9,534 bases of DNA, taken from contig CAZMCX010000002.1 in assembly GCA_964565125.1 (NCBI GenBank), positions 16,260 through 25,793 of the forward strand, given 5' to 3'. This document shows positions 5,300-9,534 of the stretch, piece by piece. Made by a program: the position numbers and the translations under genes. This DNA comes from an uncultured archaeon (GTDB lineage Archaea; Iainarchaeota; Iainarchaeia; Iainarchaeales; 0-14-0-20-30-16). How positions within the stretch are numbered: position 1 is the stretch's first letter; each line of letters opens with the position of its first letter. The notes beneath the pieces were generated by a model, which saw only the letters and a list, made by a program, of their open reading frames with translations, ran no database searches and had not been told where the DNA came from.

Positions 5300-7467
5300 A
5301 TTCCAAGATTTTTCTCGAACTTTCTGTAAGTATCTATAACATCTTTTGTTAAGCTGGGTTTTGTTTTCTTTAATGCTTGTTTTATATCATCATCAGTTAT
5401 TGATGTATCCTTCATTCTTGATCTTTCTAGTGCAATTAATGCTGATTCTCTTAATAAAGAATTCAAATCGGCACCAGAATAACCGTCTGTTTTTTCTGCC
5501 AAAGTTTCGATAAAAGTTTCCCCTTCTTTTGATAAAGGCATTCTAGTAATTATTTTCTTAATTATTTCCTCTCTTGATTTCAAATCTGGTGCTGGAACAA
5601 ATATAATATTGTCAAATCTTCCTGGCCTTAATAGTGCAGGATCAATAATATCTGGTCTGTTAGTTGCCGCAATAAGTACAACCCCTTTCAGTTCTGATAA
5701 GCCATCTAATTCAACTAGTAGTTGATTTACAAGCCTAGCACTCACCCCCCCATCTGCTATCTGGTCTCTTTTTGGGGCTAAAGCATCAATCTCATCAAAG
5801 AATATAACACAGGGGCTTGTCTGTCTTGCTTTTGTAAAAATTTCTCTAATTGTTTTTTCACTATCTCCGACCCATTTACTAAAAACTTCTGGGCCTCTAA
5901 CACTAATAAAGTTAGCTTCACTTTCATTAGCAATTGCTTTTGCAAGCATCGTCTTTCCAGTTCCGGGCGGCCCGTATAATAAAACCCCCTTTATTGGATC
6001 TATACCCATTTTTCTAAAAGAATCTGCGTGTTGTAACGGCCATTCTACACTTTTCTTAAGCTGCTCTTTTACTTCTTCTAGGCCCCCAATATCAACCCAA
6101 GTAACATTCGGAATTTCTACCATTACCTCTCTTAGGGCAGAGGGCTGTACTTCTTGTAAGGCTTTTGAAAAGTCTTGCATGGAAATTTCTATGCTTTCTA
6201 AAATATCTGGTGGAATTGTTTCTTCCTCCATATCAATTTTTGGAAGTATTCTTCTAATTGCTTGCATTGCCGCCTCTTTAACTAAAGCATTTATGTCTGC
6301 ACCAACAAAACCATGGGTAATCCTTGCTAATTCTTTTAAGTCAACATCTTTTTCTAATGGAACACCCTTGGTGTGTATATTGAAAACTTCAAATCTTCCA
6401 TTTTTATCTGGTGCGTTAAAGTGTATTTCTCTATCAAATCTTCCCGGTCTTCTTAAAGCAGGATCTAAAGAGTTTGGTCTATTGGTTGCAGCAATAATTA
6501 TTATGTCTCCTCTTGCTTCCAGCCCATCCATAACACTTAATAGCTGCCCAACTACTCTTCTGCCAACTTCACTTTCTGAGTCGTCCCTGCTAGATGCTAT
6601 TGCATCAATTTCATCGATAAAAATTATTGCGGGCGCATTTTCTTGTGCATCTTTAAAAATAGTTCTGATTTTTTCTTCAGCACCGCCAACATACTTGCTT
6701 ATTATGCTGGGGCCATTTATGATACTAAAATTTGCATTTGTTTCGTTTGCTATTGCTCTTGCAAGTAAAGTTTTTCCAGTTCCTGGCGGCCCAAAAAATA
6801 AAATTCCTTTTGGTGGAGCAACCCCCATTGTTCTAAAAATTTCTGGGTGCTTTAAGGGTAATTCAACTAATTCCCTTACCTTACTTAATTGTTTTTCTAA
6901 TCCCCCAATTTCATTATAACCTATTTTTGAAATACTTGCTGACTCCAAAGTGATAGGGGTTTCTAATAGTTCAAATAAAGTGCTGTCACTAACATAAACA
7001 AAACCCGTTGGATTTGTTTTTGCAACAACATAAACCATCGCATTTCCAAATAAAGATAAAAATAACTGATCTTCTGTGTTTAATGCTTTTCCCAAGTATT
7101 GTTTTTTCGCAACTCTTGCAAAATTATTGTTTTGGGGCAGTTTTACATTTTGTGTTGGTGCCAAATAAACCTTGTGCGCTTCTTTTACTACTGCTTTTTT
7201 TACAACTACTGTGTCACCAATCGCAACCCCGGTATTAAGTCTAATTAGACTGTCCATTCTTACAAATGGTTCTGCATCATCTTGTGGTCTTGTAGGCCAG
7301 ATTTGTGCAACAGTTTCTTTACGGCCCTTTATAGATACGAAATCTCCAGAAGTAAGTCTCAGCCTTTCTTTACTGGTGCTATCAAGAGTAATAATATTAC
7401 GTCCAACCAAACTTGGGTCGGCCTCTTTTACCTTAATAATCACTTCGCTTATTTTTGTGTATTCCAT
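5296..7467 (-). CDS. cdc48: Cdc48/VAT/p97-type AAA+ ATPase (N domain plus D1 and D2 rings)
   Basis: 723 aa. An N-terminal double-psi-barrel-like region runs from ..VGRNIITLD.. to ..GDTVVVKK. D1 has GPPGTGKTLLARAIA and IIFIDEIDAI. D2 has GPPGTGKTMLAKAIA and VIFFDEIDAL. The pore loops are KYVGGAE and KWVGDSE. Both rings carry the second-region-of-homology element RPGRFD. Confidence 0.95.
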   Translation of the reverse strand: MEYTKISEVIIKVKEADPSLVGRNIITLDSTSKERLRLTSGDFVSIKGRKETVAQIWPTRPQDDAEPFVRMDSLIRLNTGVAIGDTVVVKKAVVKEAHKVYLAPTQNVKLPQNNNFARVAKKQYLGKALNTEDQLFLSLFGNAMVYVVAKTNPTGFVYVSDSTLFELLETPITLESASISKIGYNEIGGLEKQLSKVRELVELPLKHPEIFRTMGVAPPKGILFFGPPGTGKTLLARAIANETNANFSIINGPSIISKYVGGAEEKIRTIFKDAQENAPAIIFIDEIDAIASSRDDSESEVGRRVVGQLLSVMDGLEARGDIIIIAATNRPNSLDPALRRPGRFDREIHFNAPDKNGRFEVFNIHTKGVPLEKDVDLKELARITHGFVGADINALVKEAAMQAIRRILPKIDMEEETIPPDILESIEISMQDFSKALQEVQPSALREVMVEIPNVTWVDIGGLEEVKEQLKKSVEWPLQHADSFRKMGIDPIKGVLLYGPPGTGKTMLAKAIANESEANFISVRGPEVFSKWVGDSEKTIREIFTKARQTSPCVIFFDEIDALAPKRDQIADGGVSARLVNQLLVELDGLSELKGVVLIAATNRPDIIDPALLRPGRFDNIIFVPAPDLKSREEIIKKIITRMPLSKEGETFIETLAEKTDGYSGADLNSLLRESALIALERSRMKDTSITDDDIKQALKKTKPSLTKDVIDTYRKFEKNLGI

Positions 7468-7488
7468 TTCTTGTCACTCTTTTATGTC

Positions 7489-7899
7489 TCATTTCTCAGT
7501 TTTTATCAAAGCGTAAGTCAACCACCCAAGGAACCCCCCGATTATAAAATAAACATAGGGGGTTGTAGCCATATAGGTTAGCCAATTTATATTAAGTTGG
7601 CTAAATACATCTGAGAATTTAATACTTGTAAATATTGCCCTCTCTCCAAAGTAGATTAAGAACGCAAGGTAAAACCCTAAAAAAAGGAACACAATCATAA
7701 ATATTCCGTTATAGTATTCCTTGAAATTATACTTTATTATCTTTTCAAGATATATAAATATAATAAATATCAATAAAAAAGATACAGCAGGCATAATGTA
7801 GTAAAGTGCGCTGTTAAATTTTGCTGTAAGCCCAACTAAACTAAAAACAATAGAAATAATATAAGTTACTATCAATCCAAACAATGCGTATAAGTACAT
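7489..7899 (-). CDS. Hypothetical integral membrane protein, about 4 TM helices (136 aa)
   Basis: Four long hydrophobic stretches separated by short K/E/Y-rich loops. A G6 run (complement of 7908-7913) lies 8 nt upstream of the ATG. The stop is 21 nt upstream of the cdc48 start on the same strand, so co-transcription is likely. Confidence 0.72.
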   Translation of the reverse strand: MYLYALFGLIVTYIISIVFSLVGLTAKFNSALYYIMPAVSFLLIFIIFIYLEKIIKYNFKEYYNGIFMIVFLFLGFYLAFLIYFGERAIFTSIKFSDVFSQLNINWLTYMATTPYVYFIIGGFLGWLTYALIKTEK

Positions 7900-7974
7900 T
7901 TCTTTTTCCCCCCTTTTGTTACTATAAAAACAAAGAGCATTTTCTTTTTAATCTTATTGTGCCTCTGTGTTAAT
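7900..7974. promoter_or_regulatory. Divergent promoter region (membrane protein/cdc48 unit on the minus strand, rfcS on the plus strand)
   Basis: A 75-nt gap containing TATAAAAA (7924-7931) and TTTTTAATC (7945-7953). The latter is 22-30 nt before ATG 7975 and no SD motif is present, which is compatible with a leaderless rfcS mRNA. This rests on position and composition only. Confidence 0.3.
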
Positions 7975-8937
7975 ATGCTTAAAGAAAACCTGCCATGGAT
8001 CGAGAAGTATAGACCGGATTCTTTGAAGGATGTAGTAGGCCATTCAGGGATAATTGATAGGCTTAGGAGCTATGTAAAACTTAATAGGGTCCCAAACATG
8101 CTTTTCACCGGCTCCGCAGGTATTGGAAAGACAAGTTCAGCTATTGCTTTAGCCAAAGATCTCTTTGGTGAACATTATGACCGGAACTTCTTAGAGCTAA
8201 ATGCTTCTGATGATAGGGGTATAGATGTTGTAAGGAACACAATCAAAGAGTTTGCAAGAACCCTTCCTTTTAATTCCGATTATAAGTTAATCTTCCTGGA
8301 TGAAGCCGATTCTTTAACTGCGGATGCTCAGCAGGCGCTAAGAAGGACAATGGAAAAGTATGTAAAAACCAGCAGATTTATTTTATCCTGTAATTATTCT
8401 AGTAGAATTATAGAACCAATCCAAAGTAGATGTGTTGTATTTAGGTTTAAGCCATTAGAGAAAGAGATAATAGCCTTAAAACTTGGCGAGATAGGCAAGA
8501 TAGAAAAACTTGTTTTTGAAAAAGAATCTTTGGACTCATTGTTTTATGTTTCTCAAGGCGACTTAAGAAAAGCAATTAATATTCTTCAATCTACTGCATC
8601 ACTTGACTCAAACATAAAAACAGAAGATATTTTTAAAGTAAGTTCTAGGGCAAGACCAGAAGAAATGAAAGAAGTGATTGTTGAATCTTACAAAGGCAAC
8701 TTCAAAACAGCAAGAGAATTGTTATACAAGCTTATGTTTGACTACGGAATGTCTGGAGAAGACATCATTGGTCAGGTCTACACAGAACTTATTGACTATG
8801 ATGAAAGTAAAATTACTTTGGAAGACAAAATAGAATTAATAAAAATTCTGGGAGAAACTAATTTTAGAATTACACAAGGCGCAACAGAAAGAATACAAAT
8901 AGAAGCAATGCTTGCGATGTTTTATTTAAAGAAATAA
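7975..8937 (+). CDS. rfcS: Replication factor C (clamp loader) small subunit
   Basis: MLKENLPWIEKYRPDSLKDVVGH (RFC box II), P-loop GSAGIGKTS, LELNASDDRG, Walker B/DEAD box FLDEADSLT, the SRC arginine-finger motif QSRCVVFRF, and GDLRKAIN. The track start at 7957 is TTG and would add MCLCVN. ATG 7975 gives the canonical N-terminus. No intein is present. Confidence 0.95.
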   Translation: MLKENLPWIEKYRPDSLKDVVGHSGIIDRLRSYVKLNRVPNMLFTGSAGIGKTSSAIALAKDLFGEHYDRNFLELNASDDRGIDVVRNTIKEFARTLPFNSDYKLIFLDEADSLTADAQQALRRTMEKYVKTSRFILSCNYSSRIIEPIQSRCVVFRFKPLEKEIIALKLGEIGKIEKLVFEKESLDSLFYVSQGDLRKAINILQSTASLDSNIKTEDIFKVSSRARPEEMKEVIVESYKGNFKTARELLYKLMFDYGMSGEDIIGQVYTELIDYDESKITLEDKIELIKILGETNFRITQGATERIQIEAMLAMFYLKK

Positions 8938-8950
8938 AGAATAATTTATA

Positions 8951-8958
8951 TTTTTTTT
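8951..8958 (+). terminator. Oligo-T tract (T8), candidate archaeal intrinsic terminator for rfcS
   Basis: A T8 run begins 14 nt after the rfcS stop (8935-8937). Archaeal RNA polymerase terminates at oligo-T tracts. In an AT-rich genome such runs also occur by chance. Confidence 0.4.
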
Positions 8959-9071
8959 CTATTAAACTAAAATAGAGTTCAAGCCATTTATTAACTATCG
9001 TTTCTAAGAACCAAAGCCAAGACCCAAAGGAATTTATTCTTTTGCAACCATTGTTTTGTTGTTGATTGTTT

Positions 9072-9534
9072 ATGCTGAGACGAAAACCTTCTAAGACGCC
9101 TTCTTTTGCTGTTAAAGAGATTTCTCCAGAAGAGTGGCAAAGGGTTTTGCGTACTGCAAAACATGGAAGAAAGCCCAGAATGCCTAAAACTGATGCTGAA
9201 GCAAGAACCCAGTTTTTGAGTTTGTTAGGGCGTAGGCAAAAGAAATTGGCTGATGTTAATAGAGAAATTTTTGGTGCTTTAACTGAAAGGCAGGCGGTTC
9301 GGAAATGGTCGCACAAGGTTGCTGTCAAAGAGCTGGCTTTGATTGAAGAAATGTGTGCCGGTAATGAGAAAAAAAGAGAGTATGTTGTTGCTAGTTTTAA
9401 GAAGGCAAAAAAACTGTTTGGAGAAAAACTTGAAAATTCTGATTATTTGAAGCGAGTGGTAGAGCATTTGGCAACAGAGTATGATTTGTTGAAGGAAGAG
9501 AAAGGGGGGATTGGTGTTTCAAAGAGGTATTCCC
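9072..9534 (+). CDS. 3'-truncated hypothetical protein, basic and helical (K/R/E-rich); not in supplied ORF track because it has no stop inside the window
   Basis: My own translation from ATG 9072 (in-frame TGA at 9063-9065 just upstream) is MLRRKPSKTPSFAVKEISPEEWQRVLRTAKHGRKPRMPKTDAEARTQFLSLLGRRQKKLADVNREIFGALTERQAVRKWSHKVAVKELALIEEMCAGNEKKREYVVASFKKAKKLFGEKLENSDYLKRVVEHLATEYDLLKEEKGGIGVSKRYS... That is 154 codons with no stop up to the window edge. Its composition is protein-like, unlike the Cys-rich, low-complexity antisense ORFs listed in the track. Confidence 0.6.
   Translation, partial: MLRRKPSKTPSFAVKEISPEEWQRVLRTAKHGRKPRMPKTDAEARTQFLSLLGRRQKKLADVNREIFGALTERQAVRKWSHKVAVKELALIEEMCAGNEKKREYVVASFKKAKKLFGEKLENSDYLKRVVEHLATEYDLLKEEKGGIGVSKRYS

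Noticed and set aside
6179-6919. 246-aa + strand ORF inside the cdc48 region
   Set aside because: It is antisense to a - strand frame that carries complete D1 AAA+ motifs. Its translation is S/L/I-rich and low in complexity, with no start context. It is a shadow ORF, made possible because the conserved, locally GC-richer gene has few antisense stops.
5296-7467. Internal repeated DNA and protein motifs within cdc48 (GPPGTGKT, DEID, RPGRFD each appearing twice)
   Set aside because: This is the ancient D1/D2 AAA+ tandem duplication intrinsic to the Cdc48/p97 family. It is not a recent repeat or a recombination feature.
7008-7581. Three overlapping + strand ORFs (7008-7238, 7172-7516, 7282-7581)
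   Set aside because: They are antisense to the cdc48 N domain and the 3' end of the membrane protein gene. They overlap one another in different frames, and no motifs or RBS are present.
248-7974. Longer N-terminal extensions implied by the track starts at 248 (ATG), 2766 (TTG), 2975 (GTG), 4934 (GTG) and 7957 (TTG)
   Set aside because: Downstream ATGs give canonical N-termini (short basic class III leaders, or the RFC-S MLKENLPWIEKYRP). Four of them are preceded by RBS motifs at 3-7 nt. Two of the upstream starts (2975, 4934) lie within the RBS-like motif itself, and 248 sits just 5' of the GGTGG motif, too close to be served by it.
8977-8985. GTTCAAGCC, which resembles a tRNA T-loop
   Set aside because: The flanking sequence is AT-rich and cannot form acceptor, D or anticodon stems. 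No tRNA cloverleaf can be drawn.
9101-9340. Apparent GC enrichment of the right-edge ORF as evidence of foreign or mobile origin
   Set aside because: By hand count, this stretch has 102 G+C in 240 nt (about 42%), against 17/60 at 3421-3480. However, single 60-nt lines in rfcS (27/60 at 8101-8160) and cdc48 (30/60 at 5941-6000) are as high or higher. The difference reflects coding constraints and is not a reliable island signal.
8870-9467. Minus strand ORFs 8870-9328 (152 aa) and 9279-9467 (62 aa)
   Set aside because: The first overlaps rfcS antisense by 68 nt. The two are in different frames and have odd composition (many Cys, NNQQQNN). A + strand ORF that stays open to the window edge explains the region better.
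1-9534. Search for CRISPR arrays, IS elements or transposases, inteins, rRNA or tRNA genes and long direct or inverted repeats
   Set aside because: Reading both strands turned up none. Spacing between genes is too tight for arrays. RFC-S and Cdc48 are of normal length with contiguous motifs, so they contain no intein. No periodic repeat structure was apparent by eye, but a dot-plot would be needed for certainty.

Overview
This is an AT-rich, very gene-dense archaeal chromosomal segment. Gene gaps are mostly between -20 and +135 nt, and the predicted proteins are K/I/N/F-rich. Three core genes are clear: RFC clamp-loader large subunit (791-2125, -), RFC small subunit (7975-8937, +) and a two-ring Cdc48/VAT AAA+ ATPase (5296-7467, -). 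The accessory content is a type IV pilus-like locus built on class III signal peptides. It has four tandem mini-pilin genes (2600-3394), the first of which is a 59-codon ORF missing from the supplied track. These are followed by an extended A24-family prepilin peptidase (3425-4504) and two larger pilin-like genes (4501-5299). All six substrates share [KR][GA]|Q(+1)...E(+5) followed by a hydrophobic helix. Two further ORFs with a different NKG|F N-terminus lie at the left edge (1-787), separated from the operon by rfcL and a small hypothetical gene. No pilus ATPase or membrane platform gene is in the window. Other content is a 4-TM membrane protein 21 nt upstream of cdc48 and an unlisted ORF (9072-9534) that runs off the right edge. 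Several track ORF starts are revised using GGTG or G-run Shine-Dalgarno-like motifs. I saw no rRNA, tRNA, CRISPR array, transposase or long repeat. The lineage guess (small-genome, possibly DPANN-like archaeon) is inference from composition, compaction and divergent core proteins.
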